The notes beneath the pieces were generated by a model. It searched no databases, was not told the DNA's origin, and worked only from the letters and a program-made list of their open reading frames with translations. From positions 164,550,001 through 164,614,000 of the forward strand of contig NC_058368.1 of assembly GCF_018350175.1 (NCBI RefSeq): a DNA stretch of 64,000 nt, given 5' to 3'. This stretch comes from Felis catus (lineage: Eukaryota). Both the position numbers and the translations under genes were made by a program. Positions within the stretch are counted from its first letter, which is position 1. The number at the start of each line of letters is the position of its first letter. Shown in pieces: positions 1 through 12,931 of the stretch.

Positions 1-440
1 CTTAGTGAGTTATAAATCATATTTTGCATCTGTTCCTGATTTGGAGGCTTTTTATATTTGGAGTATTAATACTAATTACAATAATTTTATATATAACATC
101 TGTCCTAGTCTCAAAGAATTCATGAAGTCATAACCTAAGCATACATAAAAAAGGAGTTTATATTACTGAATTAAAATGAGACCACTTATTCAAATTCAGA
201 TTTTTTTACTCAAATTTATTGTTAAAAATATATAGTATGAAGATTATTGAATGAACATAATTGCATAATACAGTGGTAATATACTTTTCATATACATGGG
301 TTTTACAAATATAGAACATGGGTTTCTATAGAATTAAAAATACCTAATGGGCCTATTATATCTACAAACTATATTTAATCATTTAATATTTACTTCATAT
401 CTTTTAAGATTATTATAATCATACTAAATATTATTTACTG

Positions 441-2700
441 TTTTAAAGTTTTTGTTTTAATTCCAGTTAGTTAACTTACGGTCTTATATTAGTTTTAGGT
501 GCACAATATAGTAATTTAACACTTGTATATAACACCTTGTGCTGATCACAAGTGCCCTCCTTAATCAACCCAACCCCCTACCCAATTCCTTTTTGGTAAT
601 CATCAGTTTGTTCTCTGTAGTTCAGAATCTGTTTCTTGATTTTCCTTTCTCTTTTTTCCCCCTTTTCTTGTTTATTTGTTTCTTAAATTCCACATGTGAG
701 TGAAATCATATATTTGTCTTTCTCTGACTGACTGACTTCACTTAGCATATTACTCTGTAACTCTATCCACGTCATTGCAAATGGCAATATTTCATTCTTT
801 TTTATGACTGAGTAGTATTCCATTGTGTATATATGCTACTCTTCTTTGTTCATCAGTCAGTGGACACTTGGGCTGTTTCCATACTTTAGCTGTTGTAGAT
901 GCTGCTGCTATAAACATTGGGGTGCATTTATCCCTTTGAATTAGTTTTTTTTTTTTAAATTTTTGGATAAGTACCTAGTGGTGCAATTATTGGACTGTAG
1001 GGAAGTTCTATTTTTTAACATTTTGAACAACCTCCATACTAATTTCCAGAGTGGCTGCACAAGTTTGCATTCTCACCAGCAGTGCAAGAGGGTTCCTCTT
1101 TCTCTGCATTCTTGCCAGTAGCTGATGTTTCCTGTGTTGATGATTTTAGCAATTCTGACAGGTGTGAGGTGATCTCTCATTGTAGTTTTGATTTGTATTT
1201 CCCTGATGATGAGTGATGTTGAGCATCTATCTTTTCATGTATCTTTTGGCCATCTGTATGTCTTATTTGGAAAAATGTCTATTCATGTCTTCTGCCCGTT
1301 TTTTAATTGGATTATTTGTCTTTTGGGTGTAGAGTTCCATCATTTCTTTATATATTTTGGATAACAACCCTTTATCAGATATGTTATTTGCAAACACCTT
1401 TTCTCATTCTGTAGGTTGACTTTTAGTTTTGTTGATCATTTCCTTTGCTGTGCACAGCTTTTTATTTCAGTGAAGTCCCAATAGTTTATTTTTGTTTTTG
1501 TTTCCCTTGCCTCAGGAGACATATCTAGAAAAAAGTTGCTATGGCTGATGTTAAAGAGGTTACTGCCAATGTTCTCCTCTAGTGTTTTCATGGTTTCAGG
1601 TCTCAGATTTAGGTCTTTAATCCATTTTGAATTTGTTTTTGTGTATAGTGTAAGACAGTGGTCCAGTCTGATTCTTTTGCATGTTGCTGCCCAGTTTTCC
1701 CGACACCGTTTGTTGAAGAGACATTCTTTCTCCCATTAGATATTCTTTCATTCTTTGTTGAAGATTAATTGATTGTATAGTTGTGGGTTCCTTTCTGGAT
1801 TTTCTATTCTGTTTCATCAATCTATGTGTGTATTTCTGTGCCAGTACCATACTCCTTTGATCACTACAGCTTTGTAATATGACTTTGAAGCATGAAACTG
1901 TGATGCCTCCAGCTTTGCTTTTTCTTTTTCAAGGTTTCATTGCCTATTTGGTATCTTTTATGGTTTGATACAAAATTTAGAATTGTTTGTTCTAGTTCTG
2001 TGAAAAATGTTGGTGGTATTTTCATAAATATGGCATTAAATATTTAGATGGCGTTGGATAGTATAGGCCTCTTAATGATATTTGTTCTTCCAGCGCATGA
2101 GTATGCAATGTCTCTCCATTTGTTTGTGTCATCTTCAGTTTCTTTCGTCAGTGTTTTATAGTTTTTGGAGTGTAGGTCTTTTACCTCTTTGGTTAGATTT
2201 ATTCCTAGGTATCTTATTGTTTTTGGTGCAGGTGTAAATGGGATCAATTCCTTGATTTCTCTTTCTGCTGCTTCATTATTGATATATACAAATGCAACAG
2301 ATTTCTCTATATTGATTTTGTATCCTGTGGCTTTACTGAATTCGTGTATTAGTTCTAGCAGTTTATTTGGGTGGAGTCTTGTGGGTTTTCTTAATATAAT
2401 ATCATGCCTACTGCAAATCGTGAAGGTTTTGCTTCTTCCTTACTGATTTGGATGCCTTTTATTTTGTTGTTGTTGCTGTTGTTGTTGTCTGACTGCTGTG
2501 CTTAAGACTTCCAGTATTATGTTAAATAACAGTGATTAGAGTGATACCTCTGTCTTATTCCTCACTGTAGAGGAAAAGCCCTCAGTTTTTCCCCTTGAGG
2601 GTTATATTAGCTATTGGCTTTTTGTATATAGACTTATTATGTTGAAGTGTGTTCCCTTTAAACTTACTTTGTTGAGGGTTTTTATCATGAATGAATGTTG
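441..2700 (-). mobile_element. LINE-1, carnivore type, 5'-truncated (ORF2 C-terminal part + 3'UTR), decayed
   Basis: Minus-strand ORF fragments resemble L1 ORF2 (e.g. IPFTPAPKTIRYLGINLTKEVKDL at 2044-2247). The T-rich tail is at ~441-460, and there are many frameshifts and stops. Confidence 0.95.
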
Positions 2701-3040
2701 TAGTAGTATTTCTCCTTTTAATTAAAGAATGTAGTAAGATCATCTGTCAAGTTTCCTTTGTTATATTCAATTTCAGCATATTAATCACCATCATATCTGT
2801 TTAGCTATTTTCCTTTCCTCTTTCACTTAAAAGGTTGTCACACATTTTAATACCCATTTTCCTTCCCTGGATCACTTTAGTTTTTCCACTGAGACATCAC
2901 CATTTTCAGGTGAAGTGTACCCAGGAAGAATGCCAACTTATCTAGAACTTGGATTCCTTAGTCTAAAAAATCAAAGATCCAGCCACTTGATTTGATAGAG
3001 ACTTTATATTAGCTGTCACTTACATTAAGAGTTTAGTTTT

Positions 3041-3181
3041 GGGAGGCCCCTGGGTGGCTCATTCAGTCAAGCATAGGACTTCGTCTCAGGTCATGATCTC
3101 ACAGTTCATATGTTCGAGCCCCACATGAGGCTCCATGCTATTGGTGCAAAGCCTGCTTGGGATTCTCTCTCCCTCTCTGCC

Positions 3182-3252
<71 letters not shown>

Positions 3253-3272
3253 ATAATAAATGAACTTAAAAA
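3041..3272 (+). mobile_element. CanSINE (tRNA-derived carnivore SINE) with (CT)n tract
   Basis: Head GGGAGGCCCCTGGGTGGCTC, long (CT)n at ~3186-3249 and A-rich tail. AAGAGTTTA flanks both sides (3027-3035, 3273-3281). Confidence 0.95.
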
Positions 3273-3689
3273 AAGAGTTTAACTTTTTTACTAGACCAAC
3301 TCCTTGAGGTATTTTCAAAACTGTGGTTCTGTTTTTGCTGATTTATCAGCACCTGTGAACTAGTGGAGTACAATTGTAGGCTATGATAATTTTTAATATG
3401 CTTATAATCAAATATGTCTTCTATTTGAATTAAAAGTATCCCTCTTGAAATAGTATTTAAACTATATATCTTAAAATGAATGAAGATGACTTTGAAATCA
3501 ATATAAAACATGTATCTTTTAACATAGAGAAAAGCATTAATATGTTAAACAAATTAATTTGTGGTCATTACATACATGATGCCCTTTATGCTGATATGTA
3601 TTCCTAAGATTCCTAAATCAGGTAATGAAATTGCCATAACATTTTTTCTTCAGTATTTCTGTTAGTAAATAAGACATGTTTTTCCTGAG

Positions 3690-4378
3690 TGTAGTAAGTT
3701 TCCCTGGGCAAACAAAGTATGGCAAACTGATGGTTTAGAAAAATAGAAATTTTTCTGTTATAGTTTTCAAAAGGGGAGATATCTGAAATCATGCTTAGCA
3801 AGATTGATTCCTTCTGGAGGCTCTGAGTGAGAAGCTGTTCCAGGACTTTCTCTAAAGAAATTATCAGTAACTGCTGGTGGTTCCTGGTAATCTTTGACAT
3901 TCCTTGCCTTACAGCTTCCTCACTCCAATCTCTTCCTCCATTGTCATGTAGCCTTCTTCTCTGTGTGTCTCCAAGTGTCTGTCCTCTTCTTATAAGGATG
4001 CTAGTCCTTGGATTTAGGGCCTGTCCTAATCCATTATAACTTCATTTTAACTGACTGCATCTGCAAAGATCTCATTTCTTTTTTTTTTTTAATTTTTTTC
4101 AACGTTTATTTATTTATTTTTTTGGGACAGAGAGAGACAGAGCATGAACGGGGGAGGGGCAGAGAGAGAGGGAGACACAGAATCGGAAACAGGCTCCAGG
4201 CTCTGAGCCATCAGCCCAGAGCCTGATGCGGGGCTCGAACTCACGGACCGCGAGATTGTAACCTGGCTAAAGTCGGACGCTCAACCGACTGCGCCACCCA
4301 GGCACCCCAAAGATCTCATTTCTAAATAAGCTCCACATTCTTGGTTTTGGGGTGGACATAAATTTGGGGGGGGACATG
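3690..4378 (-). mobile_element. MaLR (MLT1-type) solo LTR, split by a SINE
   Basis: MLT1-like blocks (TTCCTTCTGGAGGCTCTGAG; CTTCTTATAAGGA; CATCTGCAAAGA; GGGTGGACATAAATTTGGGGGGGGACA) continue on both sides of the SINE at 4080-4308. Confidence 0.8.
4080..4308 (-). mobile_element. Young feline CanSINE (SINEC_Fc-like)
   Basis: CpG-rich body. Perfect 15-bp TSD AAAGATCTCATTTCT at 4065-4079 and 4309-4323. Confidence 0.97.
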
Positions 4379-5803
4379 CAAAGACTCTCATGTTTTCTGA
4401 GAGTTTTGTAATTATTGGTGGTATAATCCACATGGAACTTTGATGCTCAATTAATTAGTTATGTTATTCTTTATCCTGGGATGTACCAGTAATTAACTGA
4501 ATTTTAGAGCATTATAGTTTCTACTTATATATATGGTAGATAATAATTTCCATTGCATTCTACTTCATGATGAGACCATACAAAACAGGAATTTATAACT
4601 CCTAACGAAGTTCAATAACTTAATAATATCATTTGAATAACAATTCTCATCTGTGCTAGTAATCTCTTACGTGGTCTTGGATGAGTCCCCTGCCTACCTA
4701 AAAATTGCATGATTCATACATAAAGTAAAGAGGTTGAACTAGAATGATAGATGAAAAAGCAATATCTTGTGGGTCAGTTAATCTCTATACATATTTTATT
4801 TGGCCAGAAGAATAATGTAAAACAGTGAATTTGATTGCCTTTATGCAAGATTTTGTACTCTCCAGTTATTCACATTCCTTATCCATTTTTAAAATGTCAT
4901 GTTGGCCACTTCATATTTAGAAACTTGATGACCTCCAAAGGCATCTGAGTTGTGACCCTAGAGTTTTCTAACTCTATAGTCTCATAATTACTAAGTTACA
5001 GATTATTTTCAAAATTATAAAGTCACATTCTGTGACTAGTTTATCACATTTGAAAATGTTATAAATTTATTTGACTCCTTAAAGGACATCTATTTAATAG
5101 GTATAAAATACTATTATGCTGCAATCTCTTTCTTACTGCTTGAAGTACCACTGTGTATTAAGTGGCATCTGCATTTAGCTTTTCATTATGACTTCTAGAT
5201 TATTTCTTTGAGAGGTTAAAACTAATTCAGCTCCTATCAGTGGATATGAGTAGTCACAATTGCCTCTGCCCAAGGACACTCATGTAAATCAAATGTTAAT
5301 TTCATCTCTGCAAGGTGCCATTAAAACAGCAATAAGCTGTCTGCCCACATTTCAGCTTTGTGAAGACAACATGCATTTAAATACTCTTTTATATCCTTGG
5401 CCTTATGCTCACTAGAGAAATTTCTATTCAGAATAATTTTTACTGCCAATGTCTGTCCATCTTCTCTCTCTTCAAAGTAATACCCAGTCCTTGGAAAAGT
5501 CTTAATTGGTGCTGACATACAGACCAGTAGTTGAATATCTATATTCTAAATGCTAATATAATTAAATATTCTACTTACAAATGGGTTTTACATATAAATT
5601 AATATAAGGTGTAGAATTCTCCTTTAAGGAGGGAATGAATCATGCATGCCACAAAAGATGCTTGAGGTTTCACAGAAGAGATAAATTGTTATGAAAGTAT
5701 TTATTAAATTACAGTACTAAGTGCTATGATGAGAAACTGTTACTCATGAGAAGACCTTTTCCAGGTAGAGAGTTCAAAAAAAGCCTCTTTGAAAAAGGAC
5801 AAT

Positions 5804-5915
5804 TACTTATTTTGTTTATTATTGAAAACACAGTATTACATTAGTTTTAGGTGTGCAGCATAGTGATCGACAACTCTATATGTTATGCTAACCTCACCAC
5901 AAGTGTAGCTACCAT
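5804..5915 (-). mobile_element. ~110-bp L1 3'-end fragment
   Basis: Its reverse complement closely matches the 3'UTR end of the L1 at ~63730-63850 (ATGGTAGCTACACTTGTGGTG...CACACCTGAAACTAATGTAA). Confidence 0.85.
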
Positions 5916-5933
5916 TGGAAGGACGATATGTAA

Positions 5934-6139
5934 CTTTTTTTTTTCCATGCTTATTTCTTTATTTTGAGAAAAAGCATGAGCAGGGGAGGGGCAGAGAGAG
6001 AAGGTGAGAGAGAATCCCAAGCAAGCAGTATACTGTCAGCACAGAGCCAGATGCAAGGTTCCATCTCACAAACTGAGTTCATGACTTGAGCCAAACTCAC
6101 CAGTCGGACACTTAACTGACTGAGTCTCCCAGGCACCCC
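5934..6139 (-). mobile_element. CanSINE
   Basis: T-rich tail, (GA)-rich tract, and head read as ...CTGAGTCTCCCAGGCACCCC on the + strand. Confidence 0.93.
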
Positions 6140-6495
6140 AGGACAACAATGTTTTAAAAATTTGACTTAAGTGGAGAGTACATGGCCAATGCAGGGATAA
6201 CAAATCTGGGGAGTTACCCTCAATATCCCAGATCTTTTTCACTGAACTTCTTGATTGCCTTGATTGCCCATAACCTCGAAAGTGCTGGTAAAACTTGACA
6301 CTAGGTACATAACTGGATAAACTAATCACAATGTTTTTTGTCTTCTAAATTTCTGATAGAATAAAACCAATACCTTTCTGGAAGAGAATATCATAATTCA
6401 GAACCTCTACAATATTGTATACACAGTGTCCAACATTCAGACACAATGATCAGGCATGGTAAGAGGCAGAAAGACATGACTGACAATAACAAAAG

Positions 6496-6598
6496 GGGAC
6501 TGGGTATTGTATGAAAGTGATGAATCACTAAATTCTACACCTGAAGCTAATATTATACTGTATGTTAACTAATTGGAATTTAATAAAAACTTGAAAAA
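6496..6598 (+). mobile_element. ~100-bp 5'-truncated carnivore L1 tail with TSD
   Basis: Resembles the reverse complement of 445-540. TSD AATAACAAAAG at 6485-6495 and 6599-6609. Confidence 0.88.
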
Positions 6599-6913
6599 AA
6601 TAACAAAAGAGGAAATATATAGGGAATTACATATATGCACATTATACAATAATGTCTTTGAAATAAAGACATTGAATATATTCAAGAAAATATATTACAA
6701 GATGAAATATTTTGTAAGCAACTGAGAAAATAAAATATTGAAATTCAGTGACCAATATAGGGGCTTTACAACAGAAGAGACAGAGAGAAAGACATGATTA
6801 GTGACAAGAATATACATCAGTAAAAGTTATCTAGGCTGGAGCAAGGAAGTTGGAGGGATATAGAAACTAGAGAAAAGAACAGAAAAAAATATGTAGAATG
6901 TATGGACAAAAAT

Positions 6914-6939
6914 ACACACACACACACACACACACACAC
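6914..6939. repeat. (AC)n microsatellite
   Basis: Direct reading. Confidence 0.95.
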
Positions 6940-8217
6940 CTGTGTGGGCAGCATTCTTGGTAAATATAAATAAAGAGGGAAGAAAACTAGGTACATCATA
7001 GTGAAATGGTTGAAAACTGAAGATAAAGAAGAAATAAAACCCACCAAAGAAAAAATACAAAGATGCAATAGAAGAAATTGGTTAGGTAACTTTTCCACAA
7101 AATAAAAGTAGAAGAAAGTGGAATATCTTTTGGAACTATAAAAGGAGGTAACCACTAGGATGGAATTATTTTGTTGAATGCAAAATTCTCTCAAAATTGA
7201 ATTAAAAGAGAAGCATTTTCTCATAAGCAAAAACTGAGGGCATTTGTCACAACAACTAGTAATAAAAGAAATACTAAACAGTATACATCAGAAAGAAGGA
7301 AGATGTTCCTGGAAAGAAGCAAGAAAATGCAGAATGAGGTAACACCCTTGTAAGCTGTAAATAGGAAAGTTAGTCAAACAAAAATATTGGCAGAATGAAA
7401 GTTGTGGTAAATCTTGTGAAAGTTAAAATGTATGTACAATCAAATCTATCCAATTCCTGCAAAAACAAAACAAAACAAATGCTAAATAGATGTAAAAAGT
7501 TCTAAGGTTTGTGCATTATTTTAGAAATGGTAAAAGTTCTGTTTTAGAATAGATGCAAGTATATGAAGGATACAGGTTATAATCTTTTGGCTAACTACTC
7601 AAAGAATAATAAACCATAAGATCTGGTAGATGAGAAAGGTGAGCAAAAGATATTAATCCAAAAGAATTCAAGATAGAAGAAAACAAAACAAAGAACAGCT
7701 GGGATAAACAAAAAGCAAATAGTATACTGATAGCAAAAATAAATACTGATAAAATCAGGAATTACCACAAATATGTCAGTAAATATGTCAATAAAAAGAG
7801 AAATATTGCTAGCTCTATAAAAACTGGTATGCTATTGAAATAAATTTTAAATTTCATTGAACACTAGAGCTTAACAGAATCTAGATATGTAGAAAATCCA
7901 CAAAAATTTAGATATTAAGCAATACACTTCCAAGTCATCTGAATCAAAGTAGAAATTTTCATGAACATTAAACATACATACATATTATATATGTAATATA
8001 ATAATATACATATATATGTATATGTTTAACCTAGTGTTCACATATTATCACACAGCAAAATTAGTGAAATGTAGTAATACCATACTTCAAGGGAATTTAT
8101 ATTGTTAAGTGGAATTATTGGAGACAAAAATACTAAAAATCAATGATCTAAGTCTATCCCTTAATAAATTAGAAAAAAAAGGTAATAAGTCATCCATTAA
8201 AAATTAGTGTGAAAATA

Positions 8218-8436
8218 GGGGCGCCTGGGTGGCTCAGTTGGTTAAGCATCCGACTTCGGCCCAGGTCGTGACCTCACGGTTTGTGAGTTCTAGCCCCACG
8301 TCGGGCTCTGTGCTGACAGCTCAGAGCCCGGAGCCTGCTTCAGATTCTGTGTCTCCCTCTCTCTGACACTCCCCTGTTCATGTTCTGTCTCTCCCTGTCT
8401 CAAAAATAAATAAATGTTAAAAAAAAATTAAAAAAA
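8218..8436 (+). mobile_element. Feline CanSINE
   Basis: Head GGGGCGCCTGGGTGGCTCAG. TSD AAAAAT(T/A)AGTGTGAAAATA at 8199-8217 and 8434-8452. Confidence 0.97.
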
Positions 8437-9359
8437 AATAAGTGTGAAAATAAAACAGAAAATGCACAATGTAGAAAGTCAACAATGTCTAAAACTTTTT
8501 TTTTAATGAATATAACTGGTAAACTACTAGAATGATATAGAGGATGTCCCTCTAGAGCCCATAGAAAAATAGATATTATGAAAAAGTTATACTAATTAAC
8601 TAGAATTTAGGTGAAATGGAAAACTCTTAAACACAACTTCTGAAAACAGACATAAGCAGGAATAGAAACATATGTAGCCCTATATTATTAAAACTGTGCA
8701 ATACATAATAGAATACATATATACAAATAAAGATGAAATTTTCAGTGGGGTTTTTCCAATATATGAGTTTAAATTCAGATGACTTTTTCAGTATATTCAT
8801 ATAAGGAAGAAATAATGCTAATTTAGTAATAAAGTGTTTTATAATTTATTTTGTAAAGCCAGCATAGTCTTGATTCCAAATCTTGAAAGTAATATGTAAG
8901 AACATAAAATTATAGGTCATTCTTTTTAAACAAGTAGATGTAAAAAGTCTTGAAAATGAAAACACCTCAAATGATTTTAGGTTTATTCCTGAAACACTAC
9001 ATTAATTTACCATTTGAAAAGACAATTTGAGTCTTCACTTTTATAAAATTCAGTGAAAAGTCATATGATCATCTTATTAGATACAGAAAATTTATTTCAT
9101 AATATATAGTACCCATTTGTATAAAACAAGCCAAGCTCCTAGAAACCTAGAAGTAAAAGACAATTTGTGAATGTGATAGAGTAGCTACACTGAACTGGCA
9201 GCAAGCATCCTACTCTGTAATCTTTCTCCTTATGCTGGGATAGAGACTAGAATGTCTGCAGACCCCAATCCTATGGGAGACCTTCGTGACATTACAGAGA
9301 GGGATGAAATTAAAGCCCGAGAAACAAATTAAAAGTCTCTAAAGATGATTTTTCCCCAA

Positions 9360-9470
9360 ATCTTAATCTGATTAAATCATTTCCTTGTTCAGAACCTTTT
9401 GGTGGATAAAGTTAAGCTCCTTAGCCTGTTTTACAAGGCCTTCGTGATCTGGTAATTGTTTACCTCTCTT
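9360..9470 (+). mobile_element. L2 fragment
   Basis: GGATAAAGTTAAGCTCCTTAGCCTG...ACAAGGCCTTCGTGATCTGG resembles recalled L2 3' consensus. Confidence 0.6.
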
Positions 9471-9972
9471 GACCCCTAATCGAAACTCGATCCTCTATGA
9501 TTTAGCTATGCATACTTAGGAGGAAGGTAAAGCAGCCAGAGTATGATCAACTTCTGTGATTATCCAGGGTACATTGCCAGCTGAAAGTAAAGGAGGCAGA
9601 CAAACCAGTCTAAACTTGTCCACATGATCTCTAGATCTCCAGGTAAATGGTCACATAATATTTATGGAGAGGAGAGCTTTTATCTGTGAAATTCTTCACA
9701 GGGTGTTTTTTTTTTTTTTTTAAACATTGTGTATAGTATTTAAAAACCAGAATCTATGGTTTTATAATTCATGCTGCCTGGATAAGGTCATGTAAACTGG
9801 AATATAAAATAAAGATTTTTCATGAACTAATATCTCTCCATGATGTAAGTTAATATCTATGTAACGCACTTAGCAACCCCATCTACACTGGGCCGGAAAG
9901 TGTACATCCAATGCAAGGATGGAGAATTTGGGAGGAACCACAATCAGTGTTCCAGGCCTCTTTGCTTGACTG

Positions 9973-10248
9973 AGTTTCTTTCTTTATTTTCCTTCCTTCC
10001 TTCCTTCCTTCCTTCCTTCCTTCCTTCCTTCCTTCCTTCCTTCCTTCCTTCTTTTCTTTCATTTAATGTTTATTTTTGAGAGAGCGGGAGAGAGAGAGAG
10101 CACACATACACATACATACACGTGAGTGAGTGAGGGGCAGCAGGCTCCAGGCTCTGAGCAGTCAGCACAGGGGCTCCAACTCACAAACTGTAAGATTATA
10201 TCTGAGTCAAATTCGGATGCTTAACTAACTGAGCCACCCAGGTGCCTC
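9973..10248 (-). mobile_element. CanSINE whose tail contains a (TTCC)15 microsatellite
   Basis: SINE body at ~10060-10248 and (TTCC)15 at 9989-10048. TTGACTG flanks both sides (9966-9972, 10249-10255). Confidence 0.9.
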
Positions 10249-10364
10249 TTGACTGTCTTTATAGTTATGTCCTCATAAATATTGATATTGCTTGATACTG
10301 AGTAAATTCTCTGATTCAAACAAGAATGGTTTTACAAACCAATCCATTATTTTATTTTACAGAC

Positions 10365-12240
10365 CTTCACTCATTCATTCCAAGGGTTGTTATTATCACT
10401 TTGAATGTATTATTGACACAGAAGATAAGACCTTTGCTATTTTTTTAATGGATCTTTAAGTTAGAGGAGATGAAGAATAAACAAGTTAACTAAAAAAATA
10501 TGATTAAGATCATTTCAAATTCTGTTAAATATTAGAAGACAATTAAATAGAGAGTGCTTGAGGTAAGGAATACATTAGTTAGGGAGGACAGTGAATGGAC
10601 ATTTTAAATGATAACTTCTGAGCAAAGATTTCAATAGTTTGTGTTTGAGATACTTAAAATGATCTAAATGAAGAATGGAAGAGATGAGAACCAAAGCTTA
10701 GTAGGCGGAGAGATAATAAAAGGAGAAGTGGCAAAGCTCTCTGATGAGTTGAATATGGAATGAAAGAGAATTAGAGGCTAACTAAATTCTTGGAATTGAG
10801 CAGTTAGGTAAATGGTAAAATTATTATTTGAAATAAATAGACTTAATTAAAGAGGAACAAGTTTGGGAGGTGGGATTGAAGGGAAGAATCACGTTATTTG
10901 ACATTAACTTTGAGACACCTAACTGTCATATAAGAGGACCTTGCATAGGAAGTTGGATATCTGTGCTTTGAGTTCAGGGGAGAATTCTGGTCTGAAGTTA
11001 TTAATTTAAGAGTTATCAGCATGTAGAAACTAAAGAAATCAGACTGGATAGAATTAGCCAGGCAGGGTGTTTAGCTAAACAAGAGAAGATGACCAAAGAC
11101 TGAGTCCTGAGTCATTCAAATATTTAAACTATTGAAGAAAGAAAAAGCTGGCAAAAAAGTCTTGGAAGGACTGTGTGGTGAGATGAGAGAGATTGTGGTA
11201 TGCTAGAAAATAAATAATAGACATGTTTTAAGAAGGAAGGAGATAAAATATGACAAGCTGCTGAAAATTTTAAATGAGGGCAAGAAATTATTATATTTGG
11301 CAAAGTGAATATTGGTGACCTTGCAGAGTGGTCTTAAAAGACTCCTGAAAAATACCTAATTGGAAGGTGATCAAGAGAAAATGGGATGTAAGACTAAGAA
11401 GATATTAAATATTCTATTTCCCTTTAACAAGGGCTACAGAAAACGAAGTAGCACCTTCGTTCGGGAGAGCACTTGCATTATCTATGTAAGTTAGTAGAAG
11501 TAATCCATCAGAGTGGGAATCTTGGTAGATTAGAGAAGATGAACATTAGGAGAACAAAGAACCTTCTGTTATGATTAATTGGAGTGAGAACCAGGATACA
11601 AGTTATAGTTCAGATTTGGAGAGAAACAGGACTATTTTAACCAGAGAAAAATACAACATATTGGACACTATTGGTAGGAAAATTAAGTAGGTATATTCTT
11701 ACCACCTTCATTTTTTAACATAATTAGGAAACAAAGTCATCATTATTGAGAGGTACAACTAGAGTAGGTATTGAAAGCTTAATGACAAGAAGATATGCCA
11801 AAAAATGTTTTCGTTAAACAGAACATTTCCTAGGGAATTCTACTAGTGTTGCCAGCTAGTATTGAGGACTAATTTGAGATTGGGGAGTGTAAAATAAAGT
11901 GAAAAGTAATTTTATTTTCATGTTCTCTTATATGGCATAGGCAGGGCATCTGAGAAAAATCGGGCTAAACCATAATTGTCTTTTCAAGTAGAGTATAATT
12001 AAGGAAAGGGGTAAGAGAGTGAAGTGTATATGAAAAGGAAGGATTGAAATGAAAAGTAATCTAGTTAACAAGGAAATGAGAATGTGAAGGAGGTACTGGA
12101 CAAGAAATTGGGGGATTGTTACATACTGATGTGGCTGAAGATTGAATACAATCAGGGTACTAAAATGATCTAAAAAAATAAGCTATGGTCAAGGAGTCGG
12201 ATAATTGTAATAAAGAATTTGGATCTGGTGCTCCTGTTAG
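10365..12240 (-). mobile_element. L2 LINE relic
   Basis: Begins with the TCATTCATTC L2 tail. Purine-rich blocks typical of antisense L2 follow (TTTGAGACACCT; GGAAGTTGGATAT; GAGTTCAGGGGAGA; ATTGGTGACCTTG). Confidence 0.75.
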
Positions 12241-12274
12241 ATATAGCAAGGCCTGTGCTCCTGTTAGAGGCAAC

Positions 12275-12461
12275 AGTGCTCTCGCCACTGGTATTTTGGG
12301 ATGGACAAGTCTCCATTGTGTGTAATTTACCAGCACATTGTAGTTAGCTTCCCTGGCCCCAGCTTGCTAACTGCTAGGAGCATCCCTCCATTACAATATC
12401 TAAATACCCTTAACATGTTTGCCAACCTGTCCTGAGGTACTTCGGAGGTAGACACCACTGG
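12275..12461. mobile_element. hAT-Charlie non-autonomous DNA transposon relic (MER20-like)
   Basis: ATTTTGGGATGGACAA...CACATTGTAG...CCCTGGCC...CACCACTG follows the recalled MER20-type layout. Confidence 0.55.
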
Positions 12462-12858
12462 TGCAATTATGTGTAGTGGATCCATGGATAAAGCTCATGG
12501 AAATGAAGTCATTTGGAACTACTTTTCTCCTTAACCATATTATATACTATTTTGCATCCATGTCTGTTAAGTATTGGCTTTAAAATGTTAAGGGCCAAAC
12601 CTGTCTTTTCTGTTCTATGTCTAGCACGATATCTAATCCACAGAAATCATTCAAAGGTATTTTGAATAAATATATAGAATGGTTGAACCTATTTGCCCTG
12701 TTTTACTTTAAGTTTTGCTGCAAATTTTGCAAATGCTTTTGTATTTTACTTTCCTAATGAGGAATTAATAATTGTGTAAGTTCCTTTTGGAAGGGAAGTT
12801 CTTTCCTGTTTTTTTTAACCATGTGGGCCTTGAAATATATTGGTCTTAATTTACAGAG

Positions 12859-12931
12859 TATATATATATATATGATATATATATATTACATATATATATC
12901 ATATATATATATATCATATATTTATATATAT
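12859..12931. repeat. Interrupted (TA)n microsatellite
   Basis: Direct reading. Confidence 0.9.

Larger units (their letters stand above)
6200..9250 (+). mobile_element. Ancient, heavily decayed L1 (L1M-type; ORF1/ORF2 remnants) with younger insertions
   Basis: Strongly A-rich + strand with decayed L1-like blocks (e.g. AAGCAAAAACTGAGGGCATTTGTCAC at ~7224; AAAGTCATATGATCATCTTATTAGATACAGAAAA at ~9057). No intact ORF. Confidence 0.7.

Noticed and set aside
3041..3120. tRNA-like A/B boxes in SINE heads
   Set aside because: These are the tRNA-derived promoter regions of CanSINEs, not tRNA genes.
3106..3318. ORF with an ER-repeat, and similar SINE-derived ORFs at 4008, 17438, 18509, 40452, 59353 and 61141
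   Set aside because: These are translations of CanSINE bodies and (CT)n/(TAC)n tracts.
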